DNA from: Eledone cirrhosa
Taxonomy: Eukaryota
Assembly: GCA_964016885.1 (NCBI GenBank)
Contig: OZ024741.1
Location: 133,858,001-133,922,000 of the forward strand
Direction: 5' to 3'
Length of the DNA stretch: 64,000 nucleotides
In this document: piece by piece, positions 41,040 to 55,990 of the stretch
Layout: each line of letters begins with the position of its first letter
Position numbering within the stretch: the first letter of the stretch is position 1
Notes under the pieces: model-generated
Database searches by the model: none
What the model was told of the DNA's origin: nothing
Seen by the model: the letters and a program-made list of their open reading frames with translations, nothing else
Made by a program: the position numbers and the translations under genes

Positions 41040-41127
41040 TCTGTTCGCTCGAACAGGGTTAAACAACATTAACAACGATTTTATCAAAACTTTAAAGTTT
41101 TCATGTTTTTTCCTCAACTTTTTATCT

Positions 41128-41181
<54 letters not shown>

Positions 41182-41266
41182 AAAGTTATATTTAAATTGT
41201 TGGGTTAACAACGAGTAAATATTTATAACTGATATAAAAGCACTCAACAAGTATTTGGAGTATATT

Positions 41267-41798
<532 letters not shown>

Positions 41799-42029
41799 CG
41801 CTGGTTGGTTTCTATATGTGTGCCAGAATATCCATTTTCCCAGCAGATATTTTAGTCTGGTAAATATTTCACCTATCAATATTTTATCGAATTGCTGTTC
41901 TTTTTTGACACAACAGTTCTTTATTTTTATTTTTATTTTTTTTTTAACTGGCGATATCGCGTCGAATACATGAACACCAACTGCAGGCGGTTCTCCAGTT
42001 ATGAGAAACTGAAGATCAAACACAAACAC

Positions 42030-42158
42030 ATGCATACACACACACACACACCACTCACACACACACACACACACCACTCACACACACACACACCACTCAC
42101 ACACACACACCACTCACATACACACACACAGCCCTCACACACACACACTCACACACCA

Positions 42159-42192
<34 letters not shown>

Positions 42193-42833
42193 ACTCACAC
42201 ACACACACACACTACTCACACACACACCACTCACACACTCACACATACACACCACTCACACACACACACACACACACACCACTCACATACACACACACAG
42301 CCCTCACACACACACACTCACACACACACACACCACTCACACACACACACACCACTCACACACACTCACACACACCACTCACACACACACCACTCACACA
42401 CTCACACATACACACCACTCACACACACACACCACTTACACACACACACACACCACTCACACACACACACACACCACTTACACACACACACACCACTCAC
42501 ACACTCACACATACACACCACTCACACACACACACACACCACTCACACACACACACACACCACTCACACACTCACACACACACACCACTCACACACACAC
42601 ACACCACTCACATACACACACACGCACCACGCACACACACACACACACATACACACACACACACACCACTCACACACACACACACACACACACACCACTC
42701 ACACACACACACACACCACTCACACACACACACACACCACTCACACACTCACACACACACACCACTCACACACACACACACCACTCACATACACACACAC
42801 GCACCACGCACACACACACACACACACACGCAC

Positions 42834-42864
<31 letters not shown>

Positions 42865-42950
42865 CACTCACACGCACACACACACACACACACACACCAC
42901 TCACACACACACACACCACTCACACACACACCACACACGCACGCACGCAT
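42030..42950. repeat. (CA)n/CACCACT compound micro/minisatellite
   Basis: Direct inspection. Confidence 0.9.
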
Positions 42951-43126
42951 ACAAATGTCGATACCTTTGGCGCACCGTGTGTCACGACGTCACAACTACC
43001 ACAGGAGTTGAGGCCCTAACTCTAACCGAGATTATGTAACCGAGATTATGTAAATGTGTATATAAATTTACACATTAAGTGTATAGAAATGTAAACATGC
43101 CAAATATATATATTTCCCTGTAAATT

Positions 43127-44265
43127 CTTCTTCTTCTTCTTCTTCTTCTTCTTCTTCTTCTTCTTCTTCCAGCGGGTTCTGCCAGAAGCAATAGTCTCCA
43201 ACTAATCCGGCTGGATACCCAAACGAGACCAGTTAAGCTCATGGATGTTATCCAACCATTTTGCTCGGGAGCTACCCCCTAGGTCTCCTGTCGGTTGGTT
43301 TTTGCCCGTAAAATCTGTCCAGCGATTCTTTCCTGAGACATTCTAACTACATACCCAGAGTATCGGAGCTGTGATCTCTCAATTCAGAGAAGTAGCGGCT
43401 CTACCTGGAATGGCTCTCTGTTCTCCAAGTTACGCACTCTATCGAGTAACGTTACACCAAAATCCCTTCGGAGAAACTCCACCTAGCGGGATCTACTCCA
43501 TAACACATTCTGACAGTCCGGAACGTGTGAATATCCCCATTCCCGCGTGTGCAGTCATTTCTAGTGTCACATCTGAATAGTGGAGTTTCCATCCTCCATC
43601 GAAATCTACAGTATCAGAACGACTGAACTTTGTTGAGGAAAACCCGACTATATCTAGCCGGTAGCATCTTGTCTCCTCCATTAGTTCCTGCTCCTTACCT
43701 GTAAGGGTTGTGATGTTCCAGGTTCCAACTGTTAATGTTTTCTCCCTTCCTGACCCTTTTTGGGATCTCGGGATACACAATCTTTGTGCGTCCATCCCAC
43801 GCCTCCCAGGACAGGTCACAGGCCCATTGTCAATTTTTGAAGCATAAAATGGAGACTGCAATATATTTTTCGAACAGGTCCTTCTACCTAAGGCCTGGAC
43901 GCGTCCCTTATTAACCCGTGCGAAAGATGGTGCGGTATGATTCTTATTTATTTTCCTCATCGTATTGCAGTTGCAATTTCAGTGGTCGTATTCGCGCCAG
44001 TCACCAATCTGCCAATTTGGTGCTTTCTCGAACACACGAAGACTAGGCTTTTTTAGAGGCGACTTTTACTCGCCTCGACGTAGCTACGTCACTGGGTTGT
44101 GAGAATTTTCTTGAGAGCTACAGGTATCAACCATTGCTTCATCTCTCCTAGTACTTTACCGCTGTTGATTCGGGGTTGCTTATTCATTCGTCAGTTGCCC
44201 ACTTATATCTCAACTAGCCATCATATCTGGTGACCGTATCGCCACCCGCCACCTGCGACCCGTTC
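43127..44265 (-). mobile_element. Internally deleted RTE element (5' leader, APE N-terminus, RT C-terminus, (GAA)n tail)
   Basis: LTVGTWNITTLTGKEQEL..YRLDIVGFSSTK joins near 43475 to GVTLLDRVRN..WLDNI; (TTC)n at 43127-43168. Confidence 0.8.
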
Positions 44266-44558
44266 TCTAGCAGAAAAGCTCTGCCGAGAAGAGATGTATT
44301 TATATCTATTAATTTAATAATTCAAAATTTAGATATGAAATTCAATTTTCGCAATTAGACGAAGTAGGATATGATTTGAAAGAAATTTAGCATTTGAAAG
44401 ATTCTTCTTAGGCTTCTAGTAAAACGAAGGAGCCTCTTCCTAATCACACAAACTTTGGGGTTTTTTATGGAAAGGACACATTAAACTGATATATATAAAC
44501 GAATAAATAAATAAAGACGAAATGGTCACGGCTAGAATGTCTTGAATCAGGAGCTGCT

Positions 44559-44592
<34 letters not shown>

Positions 44593-44687
44593 GCTACTAC
44601 TACTACTACTAATATTGCTGCTACTACTAATTTTACTACTACTACTACACAGTGGAAGCAAAGTAACCCTACATTATTTAATAAATA

Positions 44688-44882
44688 AGGGCGATGGATT
44701 GGCAGTATCGGTAGAGGGTCGGACGCCATGCTTTGCAGCAAAGAGTTACGGCCCTTTATGATCTGAGTTCAAATCCCGCCGAGGTTAATTTTGCCTTTCA
44801 TCCTTACGGGGTTGATAAAATAAAGTATCAGTAATACACTGGGATAATTGCTTGCCTTGTGCCAAAAGTAGAAACAATTATT
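44688..44882 (+). mobile_element. tRNA-SINE, full length
   Basis: GGGCGATGGATTGGCAGTATCGG head, B-box, core and tail. Confidence 0.88.
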
Positions 44883-45226
44883 TAATAAATAAATAACTAT
44901 TTCGGAAGCGCAAAGAAATTGATAATTGAAGTAATGGCACAGAAAATTGTTCAAAATTCTTTAAGGTCATCGTTCATTTAACCGATGTTGTCGATTTTAA
45001 CAATAAGTAATTCGTAATTAAATTTACCCCGAAAATAAGACACACTGCATGAATTACAGTATTCTTCAGAGAATAAACTGCCCGATAATCTGAGTTAATG
45101 TATTAGTTACAGTTATTTGATTACTATGTGATGTAAACAATGTAGATAATAAATTTGGAGATATTTCTGTGAGCATCCTGTGTGTGTGTATTCATACATG
45201 TGATTATGTGAGTATATATATAGTCA

Positions 45227-45294
<68 letters not shown>

Positions 45295-45302
<8 letters not shown>

Positions 45303-46055
45303 GATCGAGTATCGAAAAATCGGCGCACGAGTTCACGATAAACAATATTCGAAATGAGCGGCAGAGGGCTCAATAATTCAATTGAATCAGAGCTATAACT
45401 ATCGTTAAAATACCGTCACACATAGAACAAGTCTACAATCAACCATACGATAAAAAATCGATAATAGAAGATTCGGGACAAACAGATAAAAAATATCAAT
45501 AAAACAATACATCAATAATTTAAATGAATGTAAAATCATACCCGGACCCACTAGAAAGGTGTTAAATCTAGCTTCTTGGGTTTGTGTAAATCCTTAGACT
45601 GTACTCTATCAGCTCACATATAAATATAAAAGCCTACTAGAGCAAGAGGAATGGAGTTTACTTCATCAACGAGCTTTTTTCCTAGCGGACAAGGGGCTAA
45701 CCACCAGTGAAAAACGCACATGGCATTAGACAAGGGAGATAACCTCTACATCCGCGAAAACTATTCGAGGAAATGTGGAAATACACATATCGAATAAGAG
45801 TGCTCAATAGACATGTTAAAATAAAACAAAAGCTATTCATCACTCAATAGAATCGACAAAAAATGAGCAACAAAATTAACTGGTGGATAGCTATGTCCAG
45901 AGCTAAAAATATTAGAAAGATCGAGTATCGAAAAATAGGCGCACGAGTTCACGATAAACAATATTCGAAATGAGCGGCAGAGGGCTCAATAATTCAATTG
46001 AATCAGAGCTATAACTATCGTTAAAATACCGTCACACATAGAACAAGTCTACAAT
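45295..46055. mobile_element. 616-bp monomer with a 145-bp terminal direct repeat, in (TA)n
   Basis: 45295-45439 matches 45911-46055 with one mismatch seen. Confidence 0.8.
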
Positions 46056-46114
46056 ATATATATATATATAGCTCACCGAGAACAAATGTTTCACCTTAAG
46101 CGGATCTTTAGCTC

Positions 46115-46196
<82 letters not shown>

Positions 46197-46198
<2 letters not shown>

Positions 46199-47612
46199 CG
46201 AAGGAAATGTGGTAAGGAACCAGGTGGACCATAACGCGCCAAAGTACTCAATACTTAGGGTAGTAGAGTGGGTAATAGGAACCAATAAGACCCCGACGGC
46301 TGAGCTCAAGCCGTTTCGACGGCTAATTCTGGACTAAATGAAAATTTATCCTGGTATTTAAATAGCCGAGCTTCTCAAGGGGTAATTCCATATATGGTCA
46401 AAGTGATTGTCACAAGGATTTGTCACAAGTTAGTAGTAATTCTGTGATGGCAAATTAGTGGGGGAAGGGGTAGCTAAACCTGCCAGTAGGAGAAAGAGGG
46501 AAGGGGGTGGAGTAGACCCATTCATGCGTTGGTGGTGCCGGCTACAGCTGGGCGTAAGATCAAAGAAGATACTAGGGAGGGGGAGGGGGAGGAAGTCGAA
46601 ACGGTAAGTAGAACAATGAAGGGTAAAAATATACTGAGAGTGAAGCGAATAAAAGTAAAGAAAAAAAAATAAGCTATTTCTACGACCTAAGTCTCTCGCT
46701 ATTGCTAGGCTAAATAAATAAATAAATAAATAGATAAAGAAATAAAAAAATAATAATAAAATAATAAATAAATAAACTAGGTAGGACGGAATAGGAAAGG
46801 ACCCTTTTAAGAGGTATAAGTACGTATATCATACAGTGGCGGGTCAACAAAGGGGGGCCAAAATACTAATGAAACACACGAAATAATTAATAAAGGTTTC
46901 TACCCCAGGCACAAGGCCAGCAACCACCCAGTGCAGAAAAGTAAACTAGTACGAAATAATAATTCAGAGTCCCGAAAAAAATATACTAATGCTAACTCTA
47001 AGGGTACCGCCACGCTACAAAAGTTCTTATACAAGCTACATGAAAGTTCGTACGAAGTAAAAGTAAAATACGGAAAATTAAATCAGAATCCACCCCGCCC
47101 AGAAGAAAAGAGAAGAAAGAAATACTGAATAAACGAGAAATTAAAGCAGAGATGCCACTAAGAAATATAGAAGGCACGGAAAAAAGGGGGAGCGGTCGGG
47201 TAAGGAGGCAAGTATCCGAAGTCTAACACAACTGCTATAGAAAGCGGAGTCCGCCGAATCTATCATAGACTAGGGGAGGGTGGCGGTACTGAGGCTACAA
47301 GGGGCTGAGGGGCTGCCTCGGGTGGGCGAGAAAAAGACGCCGACAAAGAAACGAACTAGGGTAGAAGGACTAGGGAGGGATGGGGGAAGAAGGAAATATA
47401 CCTACTGGCAGGTTTAGCTACCCCTTCCCCCCACTAATTTGCCATCACAGAATTACTACTAACTTGTGACCAATCTTTGTGACAATCACTTTGACCATAT
47501 ATGGAATTACCCCTTGAGAAGCTCGGCTATTTAAATATTAGGATAAATTTTCATTTAGTCCAGAATTAGCCGTCGAAACGGCTTGAGCTCAGCCGTCGGG
47601 GTCTTATTGGTT

Positions 47613-47617
<5 letters not shown>
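46197..47617. mobile_element. Insert with ~215-bp inverted pLTR-like termini carrying an HHR
   Basis: 46276-46490 is the reverse complement of 47401-47617; (TA)n on both sides; 80-bp extension on the left. Confidence 0.8.
47509..47602 (+). ncRNA. Hammerhead ribozyme, U3-A8 core variant with full stem III (mirror 46290-46383 on -)
   Basis: ACCCC-TTGAGAA-G..CGGCTA...TAGCCG-TC-GAA-ACGGCT/AGCCGT-C-GGGGT. Confidence 0.75.
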
Positions 47618-47675
<58 letters not shown>

Positions 47676-48560
47676 TATGTTTGTTTGATAACTTCTGGTT
47701 GAGTGCTTAATTCGGTTTGTCTCAGGGAATTTCATTCCTTTGTCTCCAATTTCGAATTTACCTCTCTTTGAGAAAACCACGTGTCTATAGCGAAATTTAC
47801 TGCTACAACACACCCGCTGAGGCTATAGAACGCAAGACTTGTTGACGAAGTAAATCCTTTGTTCTGTCGTCAAAGGCCATTAACTTGCAGACCCCTGGAT
47901 GTTGTATGTTATATGTGGATGTTGTATGTTATATGTGATGTATATCGTATGCTATACGATATGCATTATGTGTTGCATTCGGTCTCCGCGTTATGGTCCG
48001 GATCAGTCAAAAATCTTTTCCTGAGTCCAGTCTTTTTCGTTGCTATGGCAATGCGACTGGACTGCCGATCGCTATATTTGATTTGCAAAGCAGTCTAAAC
48101 GTATTGTTATAACTCTGGGGTATTATTCTCCATCGAGTGCTAAAGCTACATTCCGAATTTGCATTCGTTAGCTTAGCCGCAGCCTAAAACTTCGTTAATG
48201 CTGTACTAAAATTTGTATATATATAGTAGAACACTGGAGGGTTATATCCGTAATAGTAGAGCACTCAGTCCATGGGACCGAGCTGAAGATCCGCTTAAAG
48301 TGAAACATTTATTCTCGGTATGGTGATCTAACTGTTGCGGAACTACTTCTATATATATATCACGATAAATTAACGGAGCCATAGGCCCTCGCCAGTTGAG
48401 CACACTTCTCTGAGTGGTTTGGGGCTGCCCTTTCTAGCAGTTCGTCCCTCAGAGGCCACTGGTTCACTGCCCTTAAACACGCTGTGACTTCTCTCTCCCA
48501 CGTGTAGCTGGACAGTCACTTTTAAAATTCTCTTAGTGTTGTCTGAAATGTATAGCCTTA

Positions 48561-48641
48561 CACACGCTGATGAACCGAGGTTATTCCATTTCTGTCAACA
48601 AATTACTGGCGAAACATCTCTTTGGATTTGTACATGTGTTA
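48561..48641 (+). ncRNA. Hammerhead motif
   Basis: CACACG-CTGATGA-A-CC..long stem II..GG-C-GAAACA...TGTA-CATGTG. Confidence 0.55.
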
Positions 48642-48803
48642 TATAGTTATAGAGGTATTTATTTACGCTTTAATTTATATTTTTAATTATCGTGTCTATA
48701 GTCTGCCTTTCATAGGTTATAGATTCCATACACTGGTGGTTTTTTCCCTGTTTTATTGATAGCGCACTGTATATCTCTCTCTGGTGTGTTACCTTTTCAA
48801 CAT

Positions 48804-48840
<37 letters not shown>

Positions 48841-49179
48841 ATAATAATAAATTTGAAGACTAAAATCCAAAGACGGCTCGATAAGGATAAATATATATCA
48901 AATATATAAGAACAGTGTGGTTTTGTCTTTGCGTGTAATTGTTTTTCACCGCTCCAAATAATGACGTATTATATTCGTTTTTTCCCGTTCTTTGCCAGGG
49001 AACGTTTCCACGAACCAAAGTATCGTCTTCCTGTCTTCCTCGGTTTTTTGAAATATTCACTTCTGCGTTCACAGATTGACTTCGTTAGTTTCAGAAGATC
49101 CCGTTAAGGGTGAAAGCAGCGATTGTTTGCTTAAACTTTAATCTGTTATTTTAATAAATATATATATATATATATACAC

Positions 49180-49306
<127 letters not shown>

Positions 49307-49670
49307 TTTTATGTGTTGTTCATTTGTATGTGTAAAATATGTATGGTTGCAATTGATTGAAAGAATTGAGCTGCCAGGGTTCATTAATAACAAGATTACC
49401 GACGAAGAACAAAACATCAACATCAACCATAATATCTGCAACAACACCAACGACAACAATAATAACGTTAACAACAATAACAATTGCAACAGTGATAGAA
49501 GCAAGTGAAATATCAATAACAACAGCGGTGTTAGATAACTGCAGCTGACTTGGAGCTAGTGGCATGGAAATTAATTTTATATCATCTTAGGAGGAACTAA
49601 TTTCGGTTCATTTTAAATGTCATTTGTTTAGCGAAATATTGGTACAGAAACATTCAAAGACATACGTAAT

Positions 49671-49736
<66 letters not shown>

Positions 49737-49740
<4 letters not shown>

Positions 49741-49945
49741 TACTTTGGGAGGGTCATGTTGCCAATAAAAACATACGCACCTGTCTATTTTCACTTCAAT
49801 TTATTATAAGTTTCCGGTTGGTTGGTTTGATAACCGTAAGGTTGTTTATATATTACCAAAGCTCTTTCGTCACACATTCTATGACCTCCTCAGTGACTAG
49901 ATTTTTATTTTGTGTCTCTCCTTTGTTTTGCCCTACCCCATCTTG
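49737..49945 (-). mobile_element. Solo PLE pLTR (family of 11170-11430) with a decayed HHR
   Basis: Aligns by eye with 11228-11430; CTGAGGA-G-GTCATA/TGTGAC-GAAAGAGC. Confidence 0.8.
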
Positions 49946-49954
49946 TAGATGTTG

Positions 49955-50690
49955 TAGGACAGACCCTTCGGAGGAACCCCATTTCGGCTGCTTGTATTCG
50001 CGATCGTATTCTTTCGGTCATTACCCAAGATTCAAGACCATAGGTAAGGGTTGGCACGAATATCGAATTGAAGATAGCGAGTTTGGCTTTTTCACCTACC
50101 TCCCTTCTTTTGATTACCGAATGCTGAAGCTGGCGCATAATTGCACCAGCTCCTGCAATTCTTGCATTAATTCAACTTCCTGCTTTTTATCACTTCGTTA
50201 GTTGCGATTTAAGCAGGCAGCCTCCAGGCGATTAAGCAACCCCGGACCAACAGCGGTAACCTACTAGGGGAGATGAATCAAAGGGTGACACCTGTAGCTC
50301 CAAAGAAAACTCTCACAACCCTGTGATGTAGCGAGAACGAGGCGAGTAAAGTCCGCCTTTAAAAGCCCCTAGTCTTCGTGAGTTCGGGTTAGTACCAGAT
50401 TGGTGATTGGCACGAATAGGATCATCAAAACTGCAATAGGGCGAGAGGAATGAAAAATATCTATGCCGCATCGTCCTTCGCGCGGGGTAACAAAGGACGC
50501 TTTCAGGCCTTAGGTAGAGGGGTCTGTTCGAAAAATATATTGCAGTCTCCATTACATACCGCAAAAACTAGCTGTGTCTGCAGCATGTCCTGGAACGCGT
50601 AGGATTGACGCACAAAGATTCCGTATCCCGAGACCCCAAAGAGGATTCGGAAGAAAGCAAACCTTGACAATTGGAACCTAGAACATATTA
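49955..50690. mobile_element. RTE fragments in divergent arrangement: RT C-terminus (-) and 5' leader/APE start (+)
   Basis: 49955-50200 (-): KAKLAIFNSIFVPTLTYGLESWVMTERIRSRIQAAEMGFLRRV; 50200-50690 (+) is homologous to 43710-44200. Confidence 0.75.
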
Positions 50691-50734
50691 TTTCGAAAAA
50701 ATTATTTCCGTTTTGCCTTGTTTTCGTTGTTTAT

Positions 50735-50845
<111 letters not shown>

Positions 50846-51039
50846 GCGTGTGTCATTGAAAGTTTGTGCACCAAGGTACCAATATTTCGAGACCACGCAC
50901 CTTAGCGGATTCAATGACATATCGACCTACCCACTTCCACAAATAGAGGACTTAGGAGGCACCACCGTATCCGGACGTTTACCTAAGCGTCACATTCACC
51001 CGATATACCGAGGTTGCAACATCGTTATCAAATGATTTT

Positions 51040-51560
51040 TGTTGGTATACACCGTAAAACTCACTTACAGCACTACTAACTTTGCACAAAATATCGTTTC
51101 CTCTAACTCAACTCTAGTAGGATACACACCGACCAAAACATAAACTGAACCAGGCAATGTAACTGCACCGACTGAAATAACTGCTCACTCAACATTAAAT
51201 GTCAGGAGAAAAATCTTGTACATAAATGCAACCATCCCAAAAAATCGTACACAGAGGTTTCAATGCCAGCGAATTCAAAACAAAATGTTAACTGCATCAA
51301 CACACCTTTAGAAACCCGGTTCGGAAAAGCACAACGACACTATCGAGCCACACATGACACTTGAGGAAAAAATACAACTTTTAAGTTGCAATGCAATATC
51401 TTAACCTAGACAAAACCCTACATCGAGAAATGCCATTCATGCAATATTTGCTCTGGGGAAACTATAAACATACTGTTTGCCAATGAATAACTACTCATCA
51501 GTAAGAACAAGCTCGATACATCAGGATATACAAAACTTACCCCAACCTCAAGTCCTTACA
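51040..51560 (+). pseudogene. Decayed PLE GIY-YIG region
   Basis: TVKLTYST, NCSLNIKCQEKNLVHKC and CNICSGE parallel the 33.7-34.1 kb element. Confidence 0.5.
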
Positions 51561-51999
51561 CGACTGCGTCGGGTATGACTATTAACTACTATGAAATGCG
51601 CACGAACACACACATACATACCACTCATGTCACAAGACCCATACCAACAACACATACAAACGAGGTACAAACTGTGTACGCATTAGATCATATACACAAA
51701 TACCAAATAACTACGTACTGCACCCACACCACTAAAACTCTCTGTGTCGGATTAGGCATAGACTACCTATATGTGTACAGACACTGTCAACGCTATAACA
51801 CTTCACAGCTGCCAACATAATTACCTCAACGACGGAAATGGAAGATTACACACACAAACACACGCGCACACACACAAATCTCACACACGTACACACACGC
51901 GCACACACGCGTGCACATGCACGCACGCACGCACGCATACATACATACATACATACATACATACATACATACATACATACATACATACATACATACACC

Positions 52000-53222
52000 T
52001 ACTATCTACCTATGAGGCATGATGCAGTGGCCAAAACACTGTACAATGCACTTCGTAAAAAAGATAGCCCCGATAATAAACACATTAAAAGCTACAACAA
52101 TGTGGAAGACATCCATGTACATAATATGAAAGAGTACTGGTGGAATGTTCCAGTAAAATCCCCAATAAAATGCAGGCATAACAGACCAGATATTATGATA
52201 TGGGACAGGGAGAAGAAAACATGCACAGTAGTGGAAATTAGCTGCCCAGCAGATGCCAATATAATATCAAAGATTAGCGAAAAGGAGAATATTTATGCAG
52301 AACTGATGAGAAATCTGCAGATACTCCACCCTGATTACACCTTCAGATTTATGCCTGTGATTATTGGAGCTCTGGGGTATGTTAGTAACTGCCTCAATAC
52401 AAATCTTGAGAAGCTAGGCTTCACAGGAACAGAAAGAACATAACTAGTTAGGAAATTACAAGTACAATCCATTAATGGAACAGTAAAAATATGTAAAACA
52501 TTCCAAAAATGTTGCATCTAATAACTGCATATACATATGTACAGATACAAAGCATGTACACATGCACACATACAACTCAAAACACACATCCATATCTACA
52601 CATGCATGCATGCATACATAATCTACCTAGTTGATGTTGTGTAAATTCCAATGAGAGAGTCTTGCGTCTATGTTAGAAACCGACTCTCTCTCTATTGGGA
52701 AAAAATTTGCGAAATTATAAAACCAGAAGAACATACATCCATACATTTAGCGAAAAGGAGAATATCTATGTAGAACTAATGAGAAATCTGCAGATACTCC
52801 ACACTGACTATACCTTCAGATTTATACATGTGATTATTTTGGCCACTGGGATATGTTAGTAACTGCCTCAGTACAAATCTTGAGAAGCTAGGCTTCACAG
52901 AAACAGAAAGAACACAACTAATTAGGAAATTACGAGTACAATCCATTAATGGAACAGTAAAAATATGTAAAACATTCCAAAAATTCTACATCTAATAACT
53001 TCATATAAACATGTACAGATACAAAGCATATGCACATGCACACATATAACTCAAAACATACACATCCACACATTCGATAACATCCATACCTGCACACACA
53101 TGCAGACATGCATACATATCTATCTAGTTAATGTTGTGTAAATCCCAAAGAGAGAGTATTGTAAATATGTTAGACACCGACTCTCTCTATTGGCAAATAT
53201 TTGTGAAATTATAAAACCAGAA
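52000..53222 (+). mobile_element. Two 5'-truncated RLE family 2 copies (52000-52731 and 52746-53222)
   Basis: RHD, HNRPDIMIWD..VEISCP..K; both end AAACCAGAA(GAA) followed by CATACAT. Confidence 0.9.
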
Positions 53223-53237
53223 CATACATACATACAT

Positions 53238-55990
53238 ACTCAGACGAAACCAAACATCAGTCTATAGAGATATGAAGGGCAAAATAATAAGTGTCACTGA
53301 GGCCCCATCCCAGAAAGACATAGATTCCTTTTGGAGAAAAATATGGGGTGAAAAGAAGAATTTCAACCAAGATGCAGTGTGGCTAAGAGAAATCCAAAAG
53401 AACTATTGCTCCTACACTACAACAAAAACATACGAAATAAGTGAGTGTACCCTTGAGACTGTGATAGGAAAACTCCAAGATAAGAAAACACCAGGAAGAG
53501 ACATGATTGTCGGCTACTGGTACAAAAAACTAATATTCTATCGGAGGTATCTTACTGACCTCTACCAACAAGTTCTTAAGGGAGATACCAGAATGGTTGA
53601 CATTAGCACAAACGTTACTGGTCCCCAAGAACAAAGACACCCACTTGGCAAAAAACTACCGACCCATTGCATGCCAGAACCTGATGTATAAGATGTATAC
53701 AGCCTGCCTGAACCTATTCCTCCAAGATGACTGTGAAAATAATAACATCATCACAGATGAACAAGCAGCTGGAAAGAAAAGGGTTTGGGGATGTGCTGAA
53801 CAACTCCTAATCAACAAAACTGCGATGTCGGAGGTGCGACAACTTAGGAGGAATATGACTACAGTCTGGCTGGACTACCAGGAAAGCTTTCGATTCTGTT
53901 CCCCACTCTTGGATGATAGAGGCCCTCCAACTTGCTAAAGTCCCAGACATTATTGTCAGAGCCATAGAGAGGCTGTCTTCTTCTTGGGCTACTATCCTAA
54001 GGTTAAAGACAGAGAGGGAGGACTCTATTTTCACTGATAAAATAAAATATTGCAGGGGTATATTTCAGGGGGACAGTCTCTCTGTGATATTATTCATCTT
54101 GTCATTAAACCCCTTGTCCTTTCTGCTCAAGAAATGTGAGGGATACATCATTGGCTCATAGGAGGACAAAAATACGAACCTAACCCATAACTTCTTTGTG
54201 GACGATCTGAAACTCTATGCCAAGAACATGGATGGGATGAAGAAAATTCTTGACCTGGTTACAACGTTCTCAAAGGATATAGGAATGGAGTTTGGCCAAG
54301 ATAAATGCTCATACATGACTGTAAAGCGGGGAAAAACAACAACCCAATCTAGCAACATTGTCATCAATGGTCTAACTGCTTCGCCGATATCTGATGAGGA
54401 CTGCTACAGATACCTGGGGATAGATGAGAACATATCCTATAATGGTATCTGTAATAAAGAACGCGTAACCAGGGAATACTACACCCGATTAAGAAAGATC
54501 TGGTCATCGGAACTCTCTGCGCAAAACAAAACAGTGGCTCACAATGTGTTTGCTGTGCCTGTCCTAACACCAACGTTTGGAATACTCAATTGGACGATAG
54601 ACGAAATCCGAGCAGTTGATGTTGGAACTCGAAAAATACTGAACAACACCGGAAACTTCCACATCAACAGTGACATAGACCGCCTTTACTTGAAACGTAA
54701 GCAGGGAGGCAGAGGCCTAACATCAGTCCAGACAACATTTGAATGTCGCATCATATCTCTCCGACAACATCTACGAACCTCGAAGCGTAGGAGCCCGCTT
54801 CTCGAGCAAGTCTATCTGCATGAAACAGATAAGATCATGAGAGTTGGGAAGGAACTCCTTGAGAGATATTCCCTGTGTGATAATCAAAAACTCACACCCA
54901 GGGATGTCGCTCAGCAGTATCGCAGTGAATCCATGGATGAAAAACTGCATGCCTATTAGCAACAAATCATGCATGGATATGTTGCCAGGAAGCTCCAGAT
55001 GAGAGTAATATAGATAAGGAAAGTAGTCTATCTTGGACCAACAACCGCTATATTGGCTCCCACTTTGAAGGATATGCTTTTGCAATCCAAGAGCAGGAGA
55101 TTAGCACGAAATACCTGATTACCAAAAGAGATAGGGATGCAGGCAAAATACCTAGATGTGATAACAAGTGCAGACTCTGCAGAACTAACATCGAGGATAT
55201 CACCCATGTCATCAGCAGCTGTCCAAAGATGTCATCGTGGTACTATCTACCTATGAGGCATGATGTAGTGGCCAAAACACTGTACAATGCACTTCGTAAA
55301 AAAGATAGCCCCGATAATAAACACATTAAAAGCTACAACAATGTGGAAGACATCCATGTACATAATATGAAAGAGTACTGGTGGAATGTTCCAGTAAAAT
55401 CCCCAATAAAATGCAGGCATAACAGACCAGATATTATGATATGGGACAGGGAGAAGAAAACATGCACAGTAGTGGAAATTAGCTGCCCAGCAGATGCCAA
55501 TATAATATCAAAGATTAGTGAAAAGGAGAATATTTATGCAGAACTGATGAGAAATCTGCAGATACTCCACCCTAATTACACCTTCAGATTTATGCCTGTG
55601 ATTGTCGGGGCACTGGGATATGTTAGTAACTGCCTCAATACAAATCTTGAGAAGCTAGGCTTCACAGGAACAGAAAGAACACAACTAGTTAGGAAACTAC
55701 AAGTACAATCCATTAATGGAACAGTAAAAATATGTAAAACATTCCAAAAATGTTGCATCTAATAACTGCATATACACATGTAAAGATACAAAGCATATAC
55801 ACATGCACACATACAACTCAAAACATACACATCCACACATACAATAACATCCATATCTACACATGCATGCATACATACATATCTACCTAGTTGATGTTGT
55901 GTAAATTCCAATGAGAGAGTCTTGTGTCTCTGTTAGAAACCGACTCTCTCTCTATTGGTAAAACTTTGTGAAATTATAAAACCAGAAGAA
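53238..55990 (+). mobile_element. RLE family 2 (R4/Dong-like): RT, CCHC and endonuclease, disrupted
   Basis: KTPGRD, NYRPIACQN, WLDY..FDSVPH, GIFQGDSLS, FVDDLKL, YRYLG, CRLC..H..SC, RHD, RPD..E..K; 3' UTR hairpin GAGAGAGTC/GACTCTCTC; TACA flanks. Confidence 0.93.

Noticed and set aside
41892-43019. 375-aa His/Thr-rich ORF
   Set aside because: Stop-free CA-rich minisatellite; no coding signature.
46276-47617. Inverted termini read as DNA-transposon TIRs
   Set aside because: The arms are asymmetric, contain an HHR and have no transposase; this fits inverted pLTRs better.
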